In this document: positions 31,018 through 42,900 of the stretch, piece after piece | Numbering within the stretch: position 1 is the stretch's first letter | Layout: every line of letters starts with the position of its first letter | From: a virus | Taxonomy: Duplodnaviria > Caudoviricetes | Reading direction: 5' to 3' (one strand) | Virus record (IMG/VR): IMGVR_UViG_3300030117_006365 | Span: 1 to 53,626 of that record | DNA: 53,626 nucleotides | Position numbers and translations under genes: made by a program | Notes under the pieces: generated by a model | Seen by the model: the letters and a program-made list of their open reading frames with translations, nothing else | The model's database searches: none | Told to the model about the DNA's origin: nothing

Positions 31018-31028
31018 AATAAAGAATA

Positions 31029-32471
31029 ATGGCAAGGAAAAAATTTAACTTAAGATCTGGAAATAAATCAAGCTTTAAATTAATGGGACATAGACAGTCT
31101 CCTTTAGCAAAAGCTAACATGGATAGTGCGGCTGAAGACCCAAGAGGTGAAGCTAGATCTGTTTTTATAAAATCTGACCCTATGTTAACTAGAGGCATAG
31201 ACCCGGATAATTATAAAAAAAGATCTCCACTTACTGATACAGAAGATGAACCAGTGGAGGTTGACACTCCAGAGCCGGTAGAGGTTGACACTCCAGAACC
31301 AGTAGAGGTTGATACTCCAGAGCCAGTAGATAATGAACCAGCAACTGAAACTAATAATGTTACAGACGCTACTAATGAGGATGATACTACATCTAAAGAA
31401 AATATGTCTTTTGAAATACCAGAAGAAAACGTCCCTGATCCGGATAGAGAAGATGGTGGGTTTGAAGACCCAGATTACGACTTAGATCCTATGCCAGAAA
31501 AGGGAGAGGACTTATCTGGAACCGATTGGGCTTATGACGCTAAAGGGAATATAGTGAGAAGAGATGGTAGTGATATGACCGATGAAGATTTGGAAGATCC
31601 TAATTTAAATTACTATGGTGAAGACAAAGATGTAGTAACAGGTATTACATCAGAAGATTTAGAATCAATTGGACAAAGAGGTCGTGATTATGATGGAAAA
31701 CTTAGTGGTCATCACACAATTTTTGGACCTAACCCAAATCCTTTAATAGAAGATTTAGGTCAAGACGTTGCTGACACTATAGATGGTAGAACTCAAACAA
31801 CTGGAATTGATGCTGATGGTAACGAAGTTACAATGATAGAAAGTATGGGTGACGCTAAAAATAGATTACTAAACAAAACAGTAACTAGAGATCAAAAGGG
31901 GATTCTTGGGAATGATGGTATTCTGAGAATTAGACCAAACAGAAAAGTTGAAAAAAGTAAATACAAAGGTCACAAGGGGAATCTTGTGGTTAATTCAGAT
32001 ACAGGTGAATTAGAATTTAAAAAAGGAGGTGTTGTACAAAAAGAAGGTGAAGGATTCTTAGGATTACAAAATAGAAAGCAATATATTGATGGAAAAGAAA
32101 TAACACCAGAATATAAAAAACAGATTAAAGAAGTTAAAAAGCAAGAGAAGAAAGACGCTAAAGCAGAAGAGAAAGCAAAGAAGAAAGAGGAAAAAAGAGT
32201 GCATAACGAAACAAAACATATCTACAGAGGTATGAACGTTAATGAGGCTCAAAAACTTAAAGAAGAAATTGGATCAAAAGCAATTGCAGCTGGTATGTCC
32301 TATGAGCAATATATAAAAAAGAATTTCCCACCACCACCAAAAGACGATAGTATATTAGCTGGTGGACCTTTTGGTACTAAAGAGGAAAGACAACAAAGAA
32401 GAAAAGAAAGAAAAGAAAGAGAGCAAAGAGAAAATTACGACAACTATTACGCCTCTAACGAACCTTATTAA
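31029..32471 (+). CDS. Low-complexity protein of the leader/SP[FLY]x family (putative internal virion protein)
   Basis: 480 aa; FNLRSGNKSSFKLMG, SPLAK, SPLT followed by EPVEVDTP repeats; acidic first half, Lys/Glu-rich end. Confidence 0.7.
   Translation: MARKKFNLRSGNKSSFKLMGHRQSPLAKANMDSAAEDPRGEARSVFIKSDPMLTRGIDPDNYKKRSPLTDTEDEPVEVDTPEPVEVDTPEPVEVDTPEPVDNEPATETNNVTDATNEDDTTSKENMSFEIPEENVPDPDREDGGFEDPDYDLDPMPEKGEDLSGTDWAYDAKGNIVRRDGSDMTDEDLEDPNLNYYGEDKDVVTGITSEDLESIGQRGRDYDGKLSGHHTIFGPNPNPLIEDLGQDVADTIDGRTQTTGIDADGNEVTMIESMGDAKNRLLNKTVTRDQKGILGNDGILRIRPNRKVEKSKYKGHKGNLVVNSDTGELEFKKGGVVQKEGEGFLGLQNRKQYIDGKEITPEYKKQIKEVKKQEKKDAKAEEKAKKKEEKRVHNETKHIYRGMNVNEAQKLKEEIGSKAIAAGMSYEQYIKKNFPPPPKDDSILAGGPFGTKEERQQRRKERKEREQRENYDNYYASNEPY
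31248..31330 (+). repeat. In-frame 24-nt tandem repeat (EPVEVDTP x3)
   Basis: gaaccagtggaggttgacactcca / gagccggtagaggttgacactcca / gaaccagtagaggttgatactcca. Confidence 0.9.
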
Positions 32472-32482
32472 AAAAAATAATT

Positions 32483-34408
32483 ATGGCATTTAAACAAAGA
32501 TCATCATTTAAATCATCAGATGGAGCATCAGCTTTCAAGCAAATGGGAAGTGGTAGAAGTATGGCTGAAGGGGGAGAAAGTCCTTTTGGTAAACACGCTT
32601 TAGCTCATTATAGATTTGGTAATAAAACTAGAAAAGATTTTGGTAGAGGGTTGAAAGGAGAAAAAAAGTACAGAGAGTACATGGCTAAGGTTCAAGCTGA
32701 ATCAAATAGGAAAACAGTAGAGGATAGAAAGTATCATGCTGATAAAGGTAATGATCATTTTGGAAATCAATTGCTAAGTCCTCTTCAAATTAAGCAAAAC
32801 AGAAAATGGATTGAAAAATATGGTAAACCAAAATGGGAGATACACAAGTCTCCACATGGTCAATTATATGAAAAGCAAAATCACCTAGATGAGAACAATA
32901 GGATTGAGGAAAGTAATGCTACTATATCTAGACTAGCTGGAGGAGGTAATTCTGGGTTAGATCAAAGAGATAAAGATTATTTAAGACACTTTGACTTTAG
33001 TAATCCAGACGCAGACTGGCAACAAGCTGCTGACGACAAAAGAACTGCAGATAGAGAGCAAAAGGAACTAGAAGCACAGTGGAAAAAAGATCCTAGAACA
33101 AAATATAATAAAGAGGGAGGTTCTAGATTATATGCTTCTGATGAAGCTATGAAAGACTATAAACACCTACCTGACTTGAATGAAGGTTTTAGTAGAGTTA
33201 CATTTTCTGGAATGGACGATTATGATAAAATTAGAACATTAGCTAGAAGTAAAAACATAAGCGATCAACAAAGAATAAAGCTTAATGACATGGCTGACAG
33301 ACTTAGATCGGGTAGAATGGTATCAATTACCTTTAAAGACAAAAACATTGCTAGCAACTGGACGGAGTATGATGATCCTACTACTGAAGAAGTAGAAAAC
33401 AAAAGATCTATAAGTGGTGGAGATTACGGCTCTATGACCGTGGGACATGACTTAACGACTAGAGGTGGTACAGATCCAGAATTAACTAGATATTTAGTTG
33501 GATTGGTTGACACTGGAAATAGAATGACAGAGCTTCCAAGTAAAGAAGGCAACAACAATGAGAATCAAAAGAAGATTCTTGACGCCACTAATAATGAAAA
33601 CAATGGTACTCCTGAAAACAATAATACCGAAACTAATACTAATAAAGTTATAAAAACAGATGACGAAGGTAACATAGATGTTGAAACAAAAGATAACGCT
33701 AAAAAAACAGATACAGAGAAAAAAGTAGATGAAAAACTTGACAACAAAAGGAGAGTTAAACCAATGCCAGATGAAGATAACGACGGTATTCCTGATTATG
33801 TTGACGCTGATACTGGTAGAGTTGAGTATGGTCCTGAAAATAAACCTGAAGAAGTTGGTAACTTTAGTGAAGCCTTTAGAAACGCTAGGAATGCTGGTTT
33901 ATCTGAGTTTGAATGGAATGGTAAAAAGTTCCACACTAGAAGAGCTGATGAAACAGTTGAGGACTGGCAAAATAAATTTAATACAGATGCTGACGCTCCT
34001 GGTCCTACACCAGATAGCGACACCGATGTACAGATTGATACTAGTGAAGATGATACAGCTGATACAACCAGTGCGGATGATACAACTGATACAACCAGTG
34101 CAGATGATACAACTGAAGAGAACGTTCCACAGACTCAAATGAGTGATGAACAATTAGCTGAAAAAGCATATGGGCCAACAGGTAAACCACAGACTCAACA
34201 AACTGATGAGGAAATGGACGAAACAGCGTATGGAGAAACTGGTGGACCACAAGCAGATATGACTGACGAGGAGTTAGCAGAAGCAGCATATGGAGAAACT
34301 GGTCAAGCACAATCTCAACAAGATGATACACCAGTTGATGATGGTGGTGACGATGAGTTAGTCTTGAACGACGCTGATGACGATGATGACGATGATGAAG
34401 ACGCTTAA
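32483..34408 (+). CDS. Low-complexity protein of the MAFK-leader family (putative internal virion protein)
   Basis: 641 aa; MAFKQRSSFK..SAFKQMG, ESPFGK; DEDNDGIPD motif; FSEAFRNARNAGLSEFEWNGKKFHT module; very acidic repeat tail. Confidence 0.7.
   Translation: MAFKQRSSFKSSDGASAFKQMGSGRSMAEGGESPFGKHALAHYRFGNKTRKDFGRGLKGEKKYREYMAKVQAESNRKTVEDRKYHADKGNDHFGNQLLSPLQIKQNRKWIEKYGKPKWEIHKSPHGQLYEKQNHLDENNRIEESNATISRLAGGGNSGLDQRDKDYLRHFDFSNPDADWQQAADDKRTADREQKELEAQWKKDPRTKYNKEGGSRLYASDEAMKDYKHLPDLNEGFSRVTFSGMDDYDKIRTLARSKNISDQQRIKLNDMADRLRSGRMVSITFKDKNIASNWTEYDDPTTEEVENKRSISGGDYGSMTVGHDLTTRGGTDPELTRYLVGLVDTGNRMTELPSKEGNNNENQKKILDATNNENNGTPENNNTETNTNKVIKTDDEGNIDVETKDNAKKTDTEKKVDEKLDNKRRVKPMPDEDNDGIPDYVDADTGRVEYGPENKPEEVGNFSEAFRNARNAGLSEFEWNGKKFHTRRADETVEDWQNKFNTDADAPGPTPDSDTDVQIDTSEDDTADTTSADDTTDTTSADDTTEENVPQTQMSDEQLAEKAYGPTGKPQTQQTDEEMDETAYGETGGPQADMTDEELAEAAYGETGQAQSQQDDTPVDDGGDDELVLNDADDDDDDDEDA
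34049..34309 (+). repeat. In-frame repeats: 27-nt (DDTxDTTSA x2+) then 60-nt (QxxxxDExxxExAYGxTGxx x3)
   Basis: Visible in DNA and protein: DDTADTTSA/DDTTDTTSA; QTQMSDEQLAEKAYGPTGKP / QTQQTDEEMDETAYGETGGP / QADMTDEELAEAAYGETGQA. Confidence 0.85.
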
Positions 34409-34419
34409 AATTAAATAAT

Positions 34420-35454
34420 ATGAATAACTATAAACAAGAACGTAGACTACAAGAACCATCTCCTTTTAAGGCTATGCCATGGGGAGCTATTGGTGGTATT
34501 GTTGGTGCTGGTATAAGTTACTTTGGCGCTAAGAAAAGAGCTGACACAGCTAGTGGGTTGCTAAAAGATGCACAGACCGCAATGTCAGACGCTAAGGATG
34601 TTTACGCAACAACCGATATATCTAATCCATTTGAAAACATGAAAAACCAATATCAGGGAATGGAAAACCAATTTGCTGGTATGAAGAATCAATTTGCTGG
34701 AATGGAAAATACTATGGAAGATCTAACAGTCAACCAGCAGCAAGCTCAATTTGAAGCTCAACAATTTCAACAATCACAAGCTAACATAATGGATACAATG
34801 GGTCAAGCGGCTGGTGGATCTGGTATAGCAGCTACAGTTCAAGCTTTAGCACAACAAGGTCAATTGCAAGCTCAACAATCATCAGCTAGTATAGGTCAAC
34901 AAGAATCTCAAAATCAAGCAATGGCCGCTCAACAAGCAGCTCAATTACAACAACTAGAGGCACAAGGAGCAGCTGATGTAGACTTACAACAAAGACAAGG
35001 TGCAGCGGCTGTGGATATGGCTACTAGAAAAGGTGCGTCTGACGTTGATAGAATGAGAGCTCAAGGAAAACAAGTTGAACAACAAAGACAACTAGATTTA
35101 AATGCTACAATGTTAGGTATGGCACAATCAGAGGTCGCAGCGTATCAACAACAAGCTATGCAGGCTGAAGCTCAAAAAACAGAGGCTTTAGGAGGTTTAG
35201 TGGGAGCTGGTGGTAACCTCATAGGTAGTTTATTCTCTGACAGGAGATTAAAAGAAAATATCAAACATATAGGTAGATCACCTAGTGGTATAAAAATATA
35301 TACATTTGAATATAAAAACAAAAACATAGGTGATGGTATATATCAAGGTGTAATGTCCGATGAAATACCAAGAGATGCTGTTGTAAAACACGACAGTGGA
35401 TATGACATGGTAGATTACTCTAAATTGGATGTTGAATTTAAAAATTTAATTTAA
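34420..35454 (+). CDS. Putative DNA-ejection/pilot-like protein with a C-terminal peptidase S74 intramolecular chaperone domain
   Basis: SPFK then Gly-zipper WGAIGGIVGAGISYFG; Gln/Ala coiled coil; second Gly-rich helix; SDRRLKENI...IYTFEY...GVMSDE...VDYSKL. Confidence 0.75.
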   Translation: MNNYKQERRLQEPSPFKAMPWGAIGGIVGAGISYFGAKKRADTASGLLKDAQTAMSDAKDVYATTDISNPFENMKNQYQGMENQFAGMKNQFAGMENTMEDLTVNQQQAQFEAQQFQQSQANIMDTMGQAAGGSGIAATVQALAQQGQLQAQQSSASIGQQESQNQAMAAQQAAQLQQLEAQGAADVDLQQRQGAAAVDMATRKGASDVDRMRAQGKQVEQQRQLDLNATMLGMAQSEVAAYQQQAMQAEAQKTEALGGLVGAGGNLIGSLFSDRRLKENIKHIGRSPSGIKIYTFEYKNKNIGDGIYQGVMSDEIPRDAVVKHDSGYDMVDYSKLDVEFKNLI

Positions 35455-36875
35455 TGGCTTATAAAAATAAAAAAAAATCACCACTAAAAGGAGCTGATCC
35501 AGTATTAGTAAAAGGTGCTTATGAGGCAGCTGGAGGTGGATTATACCAACAGTATGTAGAGCAGTACCATAGAGCTATGATGAATCTAGCTAACCAATTC
35601 CGTTCTTGGGATTTTGGTACTGGTGCTCAAAGAATAATAGACGCTAACGGTAGATTACCTCAGGGAGAAATAAATGGTATTAGAAAGCAGTTGGGAGGTA
35701 AAATGAAAGATGACTACATAAACGGTGATAATGCTAAAAAAGAAGAGTTAACAGCTGAAGTACAGAAGATGCATGAAGAGATGGGACAGTATGCTGATCT
35801 TAGAAAAAACTTAGCAGAAAATTTTAAAAGCAAAAGTCTTAGTCAATCTTTTCTAAGAACACCTCAGGGACAAGAGATGTTGGAGATAATGAAAGACCAA
35901 ACTAGATTAACTAAAAAGAAATGTCCTGATGGTCAAGATGATTGTGATGACAAAGGTAGTTTAGGTGTCATGATGACTGACTGGAAATTAATAAACGATA
36001 CAAACAAAGCTAAGAGAGATATAGAGATGCAAATCCGCCAAATGGAGAAGCTATATCAAGATGGAGCTGTATATCATGATGGCACAGACTTAGATGCACT
36101 ATACGATCAATTAAATGATTTAAACGCATTGATAGAATCAAAGCCAAAAAAATGGACATCTATATCTGAAATGGCTAATTCAATATCATTAATAGATCAA
36201 AGCGCTATAGACTTATTAGCTCAAGCCAGAAACTCAGCTTACCTAAAAGGTAAAGATACTCTTCCAGAAGATAAAACTAAGTTTCAAAGAGATAAAGCTG
36301 GACAGATTGTTAAAGATGTTATTATGAAATCTAGTAATCAAGGTTCTTTAATATATGACGTTATGTTTGGTGACAAGTCATTTTATGATAACATGGTTTC
36401 TCATATTATGGACAATAAATATTCAGACTTTGGATTAACTGAAGAGTATTTAGATTCAATGGGTATATTTGATGATGGTACGATAGATGAACAAGAAGCT
36501 CAACATATTGCAAATGAATTTATAGGTGATGGAGATTTTGAGGAAAATGAAGCGCTACAAAAGGAGATGCAAGAATATTTTGTTCAGCACTTAGAAAACA
36601 ACTATAATCTAGGTAAAGAAGATAGAAGACAATCATATTTAGAGTATGATGAAAGTTTAAATAAAACACAAATTGAAGACAGAGACGCTGATGGTAATTA
36701 TATACCTGACTCACAAAGAGAGGATAACACAACATCAACAGCGACTGATACATCAGAAGAAAACACTGACAACCAAGAAGATACATCGGAAACTGATACA
36801 AGCGACGCTAACATAAATGACGATACGGATGTTAACGACGATGATGAAGAGGACGATGACGACACGCAACAATAA
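35454..36875 (+). CDS. Putative internal virion/ejection protein
   Basis: 473 aa, helical; MAYKNKKKSPLK start; acidic tail; lies between the pilot-like gene and the giant gene. Confidence 0.65.
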   Translation: MAYKNKKKSPLKGADPVLVKGAYEAAGGGLYQQYVEQYHRAMMNLANQFRSWDFGTGAQRIIDANGRLPQGEINGIRKQLGGKMKDDYINGDNAKKEELTAEVQKMHEEMGQYADLRKNLAENFKSKSLSQSFLRTPQGQEMLEIMKDQTRLTKKKCPDGQDDCDDKGSLGVMMTDWKLINDTNKAKRDIEMQIRQMEKLYQDGAVYHDGTDLDALYDQLNDLNALIESKPKKWTSISEMANSISLIDQSAIDLLAQARNSAYLKGKDTLPEDKTKFQRDKAGQIVKDVIMKSSNQGSLIYDVMFGDKSFYDNMVSHIMDNKYSDFGLTEEYLDSMGIFDDGTIDEQEAQHIANEFIGDGDFEENEALQKEMQEYFVQHLENNYNLGKEDRRQSYLEYDESLNKTQIEDRDADGNYIPDSQREDNTTSTATDTSEENTDNQEDTSETDTSDANINDDTDVNDDDEEDDDDTQQ

Positions 36876-36902
36876 TTATTAACGGGTAACTAACGATACA
36901 GT

Positions 36903-39900
36903 ATGAGTAAAAAAGAATATTGGGTTGGCGACAACCTATACACAGTCGATGATGAACATGAAGAAGAGTTTCTTCAGAATCACGAGAATGCAAAATTAAA
37001 AGAAGAAGACACTGACGATTATACTGTTGGCGAAGACGGTCAACGATATACAGTAAATAAGAACGATAAAGAAGAGTTCTTAGAAAAATATCCTGAAGCA
37101 AAACTGCTGTCGGGAAACCAATCAAGCTCTACAGAAAGTGCGACTGTAGGGCAATCAACTCAAGCACGGAAAAATCAATACGACGATTCGGAATTTGCTA
37201 CGGAAGGTATTTTATCGGAATCACAACTCAATCTTAATTCACTATCAGATCATAATATAGACTTCGGGCCTATGCCCGAGATAACCACTGACATCACTGG
37301 TGTTAGTGAGGAAAAGGCTCAAAAACTACTTCAAGACAAGTGGATGGAGCATGGTTTCACATTTGAACAAAAAACTGTTGGTTTAAATAGAATAGAGGTT
37401 ACAGCTTTAAACGGAGAAAAAGAGATATTTAATCTAGGTGGTTTTAAAGGCACGCAAGAAGAAGAAGCTAAACGTATGGACGCTTGGATGAGAGAAAGAG
37501 CTCAACACCAAGGAGACAAACTTCAAACTTTACTATCACATGTTAATGTCACTCAAGATCAAACTAGCACTATTAGACCAACTCAAGATAATGCTCAAGA
37601 TCAAATAAATAAATTAAGAGAAGCTTGGGAGTTAGAGGGTATGTCTGACGAAGATGTTTTAGAAGTCTATAACAAGTATATGGACAACAATAGAAAATTT
37701 GTTCAATATGACATGGACGAAGGGTATGGTCCCGGAGCATCTCAGTGGGTTGATGATATGCATAAAAAACAAGACCAACTGGAGAAAGCTGGTTTTAATA
37801 AGTCTGGAAGGGACTTTAAAAAAAATATAGATAATTTAAACACTCTTGTTGAGGGTAGAAAAGATTATAGAAAACAGGAGGCGTTAAAAAAATACGAAGC
37901 TCAAACAGGTGTTAGTATAGACGGTATGTACGATGACGATGGTATAACTGATAAGGGTATCAAAATACTAAATAGTCAAGAATACAAAAATATATACAAT
38001 AGTTTAAAAGTAGATAAGGATAAACAACAGAAGCACCTTGACAAATATTTTTTAAATAGTAAAACTCAAGATTTCTTAGAAGCAAATCTTAAAAAAGAAA
38101 TCGAAAAATTTTCAAACAATCCGTTTGTAAAATCTTCCACTCAAAAAGAATTACTTGAACTAGCTATTGACAAAAAGAACGCTATGAGCGATAAGTTAAC
38201 TGAAAAAGTTAATAAGTTTAACGTTGCTCATGGTGATTTAGAAAATATATACACTGAGTTATCTGACGCTGCTAAATGGTTAAACTCGATAGGTAATGGA
38301 GAGGAAAAACTAGAGGAGATAAAAGCGAAACATGATTTAACAACCGAAGAGGGTGTTAGAGCTGCTCAAGCTGAATTAAATTTATTTCAAGCTCAATATC
38401 AAGAGAAGAGAGATAGGTTTGATTTTCTACAGAAAAAAAGAGGTCAATATGAAAAGTTCGCTAACAATATAGCTAAAGACTTAAACTCTAAAGACGCTTT
38501 AACAGAAGGTCAAATAACAACCGTTATTGACGCCTTAAACAGAAACTACCAACAAGGTACAGTTATGAGTGTTCAACTAATGAATGCTACTATAGATCTA
38601 GCTCAAGGTATAGGTGAGGCTGGTGATATGATACTATCTATACCTAAAGAAATAGTTAAAGCTATAGACAATCCAGCTGTTGATGGTTATATACAAGCTA
38701 ATCCAGGTGTTAATTCAAATACATCTAATAAAGAAAAAGAAAATTGGTGGAGTGAACTAAATGCTAGCATAGATGATTGGCAAAAGGGAACACAACTACT
38801 AATTGAAAAACCAACTAAATTTAATGAGATAAATTCTTTAAGTAGTTTTGGAGAATGGGTTAGTGGTATGGCTGCTGGTCAAGTACCAATACTAGCAACA
38901 ATGGCTGTTAGTGGTGGTGCTTCATTATATATTATGGGTGCTTCAAGCGCTGGTTCTAAATGGAGAGAAATGAACGATGCTAAGGACGAATATAATAGAA
39001 CTGGTGGTTTGTATGGTACTAATCATGCTTGGGGAACTATGTTTGCTAATTCTGTATTTACTGGTACAGCTGAAGCATTATCTGAAAGAATAACACTTGG
39101 TCAAGTTAATAGAATGAAAGGTATACTTGGTTTTGGTGACGTTGCTAAACTAGGTTTTGAAAAAACTCTAAGACAGTCAGTTTTTCAAACAGCTAGATTA
39201 GCCGCGACAGATAGATTAACAGAGGGTGTATCTGAGTCTGTTGCACAATTATCTAGTAATTTTGCTGATGTTGTTTCTGGTAGTAAGAGTTATGCTGATA
39301 TATGGGAAGGTATACCAGAGTCATTTGTTAGTGGAGTTATAATATCACAGGGATTAGCAACTCCTGGTCTAGGTAAAGCGCTATCTGCTCCATTTAGATC
39401 AGCTGATACAAACCAAAGGGTTGGTGAAATGTCTAAGAAGATAAACGAACTAACTAAACGTGCTGGAAGATTTGATATTGATTCTAAAGAAAGAAAAGCT
39501 ATAGAGGCTGAAATCGCTGGACTAGTTGATAAGAGTAATAGTTTAATAGAACAAGATATTAAGAGAGTCAATCTACTAACAGATGGGGAAAAGAAAGCTC
39601 TTATAAACATAGAGAAACAAAACTACGAAGCTAGGAAGAAAGCTGAAGATATAATGTTAGATAAGAAACTAACAGATAAAGAAAAGAAACAACAATTAGC
39701 TGATCTACAAGCTAAGGTTGACATGAGGGCTAAAACCAAAAATGATATAATAGGTAAGTACGAGCCTAACGTTGTTGACGCTAATTACGAAAGAGAGATG
39801 GATTGGTTTAAAAGACAAGCTGAACTATCTAATCAACGTGGTGATATTAAAACGAAAGTAAGAGAAGTTAGTAGAGATGAATTTATAGATCTTAATGCTA

Positions 39901-42900
39901 AACAAGAGGGTGAAAAATCTAAAGCAGCAGTTGATGATGCTATTATGCAAAAACAAGGTGAGATAGAGGGTTTGTTAAATGTACTTAGATCACCACGTAG
40001 AAAAAATCAAAGTGTAGAACAATATAATGAAACTAAAAAAGACGCTTCAAGATTACTAAAACAAGCTAGATCACAAGAAAGTCAAATGATGTCTGTCTTA
40101 GCCCAAGGTAATGATTACGGTATGATGATACCTAAAATTAAAAATGGAAACCTAGTTGGAATGGATGTTGTTATAAATAGAAATGCAGCATTAACTGATG
40201 GTCAACTAAACACTGGTGCTCATGAATTTTTACATGCTCAATTTGCTAACACACTTAAAGGAGATCCTGGTGCTAGAAGTGTATTAGGTCAACAAATGAA
40301 TAAAATTATCAACACTGGTAAAATGCGATTTAAAAACCCTAGTGCTAAAGCTGAGTACGCTAATAGAATATCTATGTACGAAAAGGATAAAAGAGGGGAG
40401 GAGCAGTTTACTATACTATCTGAAATGATGAGAGATGGTAAGGTGTCTATAAATGAAGGAACGACACAGAAGTTTAAAGACTTTTTTAGAAGGTTTAGTA
40501 GAAATTATAACAATAGACCTATAGCTTTTAATGAAACTCAAGATGTATTAGACTTTATAAAAGACTTTGATTATAATATAAGAAAAAACAAACTAAGTCC
40601 TGCTATGGCAGAAATGCTACAGAAAGGAGCTAACGGAAGAATGTTTGAAGACGTCAAAGATAGTAAGACTAGAGATCAAATGAAATCTTTTAATAGAGCT
40701 GTTGATTTAAATAGAAGGCAGAATCCAGATTTAAAAAGAGAATACGATCAGTTTGTTCAAAACAGTGATGGGACTAGAAAATACGAAGACCACAAGATGT
40801 TTACAGACTCTCCAGATTATTATGGGGCTTATTTGAATATAGTTGAAGGGAGAGCTCTAGACGGTTTAATTCAGCATGGTATGACTGAACGTGGTTTACC
40901 ACCAGAAGCTTTAAGAGAGTTTACGAGAATGGCTAAGGAGGAGGTTGGAAGACGTTTCTTAGAAAACTACGACTACGATAAGAATGATAGTTTATTTGGT
41001 TGGTTAACTGGTGTGTCAGGAGGAGCTGGTATGTCTATTATATATAGAGCTAAAGGTGACGTGATGGTTAAATATAAGAAAGATAACAAAGCTGAACTAA
41101 CCTCTATAGATAAACCTGTTAGTGATGATGGTGCTAGACTAAGTGATGTGATACAGGACGAAAGAGATATACTGTTAGAAGAAATAGACAATCAAGATTT
41201 ATCTTTAAATAGAAGAAGAGAAGCTAAGCAGGCTGTTAGAGATCTTAAAGTTAAAGAAATGTTAAATTTCTCTGACAACGCTAGAAAAGCTATTATATTA
41301 AATATCCGTGAAATGGATATTCCATTAGATGGGTTAACATACAAGGGTGTTAAAGATCTTTTAATTAGTGTTGATAAAAAAGCTACATCAGAAAAGAAGA
41401 TTACTCCTAATGGACCTTTATTTCCAGTATTAAATGCTGTTGCTACTGAATTTGGTGTTGACCCATTAAGAATATTAGCTAAGCAAGATTTAAACGGGGA
41501 GCAAAGAGAAGCAGCTCAAAGTTACATACTAGACAAAACAACAAACGAAGATGGTAGCTTTAACACCGATTTATTAGATATGTTACCAGAGGGAGAAACG
41601 AGGAGTGGTGAGGCAACTGGTATAGCAAACACCAAACTAGGTCAATTGTATCAAACAGGTGCTAGGCTAAAAGTTGCTGAAGGTGCTGACAAAGCTTTAG
41701 GTCAAAAGAAAGCTCAAATAAAAAGAAGTAACATATCAAAAGCAGAGTTCTTAGATATATTTGGTATTGAACCAAATGGTAAACTTAGGAAAGGAACTAA
41801 AGCTGACGGTGCTATAAGAGCTTTAGTTGTTGCTACTGCTCAAATAGCTGCTAATCAAGATATGCGAATAAACGCATTAACAAATGGTACTACCAATGAG
41901 GCTGTTGCGGCTAAGTTGGGTGATGGAAGATCTGAGGTTATGCTTAGTAAAAAAATAAAAGCAGAAAACCTAGATGTGTTTCAAGATCGTTGGGCTGAAG
42001 CTATTAGTGGTTTAGATTCTATAAACGTTCACGATTGGAAGTCTATAAAAGGACACTTAGTCAATGTGTATGGTGATGTTATGGAAAACAACGAGCTAAC
42101 AGGTATGGCTAAAGATTGGGCCAAGTGGAGTCAAGAGTTTGATGAGTTGAAGTTACCAGATAACTTTGAAAACGTTAATCACTTAGATTATTACAATAGG
42201 GAAACATATGTAATATCTAAAACAAATGAAGCATTATTAGATACCAGTATATTAAAAATGTTTGCTGGTAATTTTGTTTCACCAGTTAAAAGTGTTACAG
42301 AGTTGTTTAATAGTAGAGACAGGGTTAATAAAGCTAGAGGTTCAATTGTTGATTTTGGAAATCACGCTATAGAGAATTTAAAATGGAAACCTGAAAAACT
42401 AATTAGAACGTTATTTACACAGTACCAAGGCATGTATGCTGGTGCTTATAGAATAGGTGATGGTAGATGGACCGTTAAAAAGGGTAGAGTTGTAGCAGCA
42501 CCATTACCAGAGGGTCAAACAAAACACGGAACAAACAGAGGTCAAGTTTTTACTGGAATAGAAGATTTTATATCTACACTATCTAAGATTAATGGTTTTA
42601 AAAATATAAAAGGAAAAAGTAGAAAACAAATAGGTGAGATGTTCAACGTTGATTTAAAAACGTTTTCTGAAACATCTGATGCAGCTATTAAAGATCAAGA
42701 TTACGAAGGTAGATTAAACCAAGCTAAGGAAGCTAGGGAGGCCGTACAAGACTTAGTGGATTTTTATGTTGATAGAATATACAATGGAGAGGCTCAATTT
42801 GAGGACCTAGCTATGTTAACTAGAATGTTTGGTTCTAATATGAAGTCTCCTATGAAAAGAGCGGCTAATTTAGCTTATATAGCTAAAGGTGCTTCTAGTA

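Noticed and set aside
31248-34309. Tandem repeats as a CRISPR array
   Set aside because: Units are in-frame multiples of 3 with synonymous variation and no unique spacers; no cas genes are present.
42278-42860. SPVK and SPMK in the giant protein as members of the SP[FLY]K family
   Set aside because: The third residue deviates, they are not at compositional boundaries, and the protein lacks the leader; they could be chance matches in 3182 aa.
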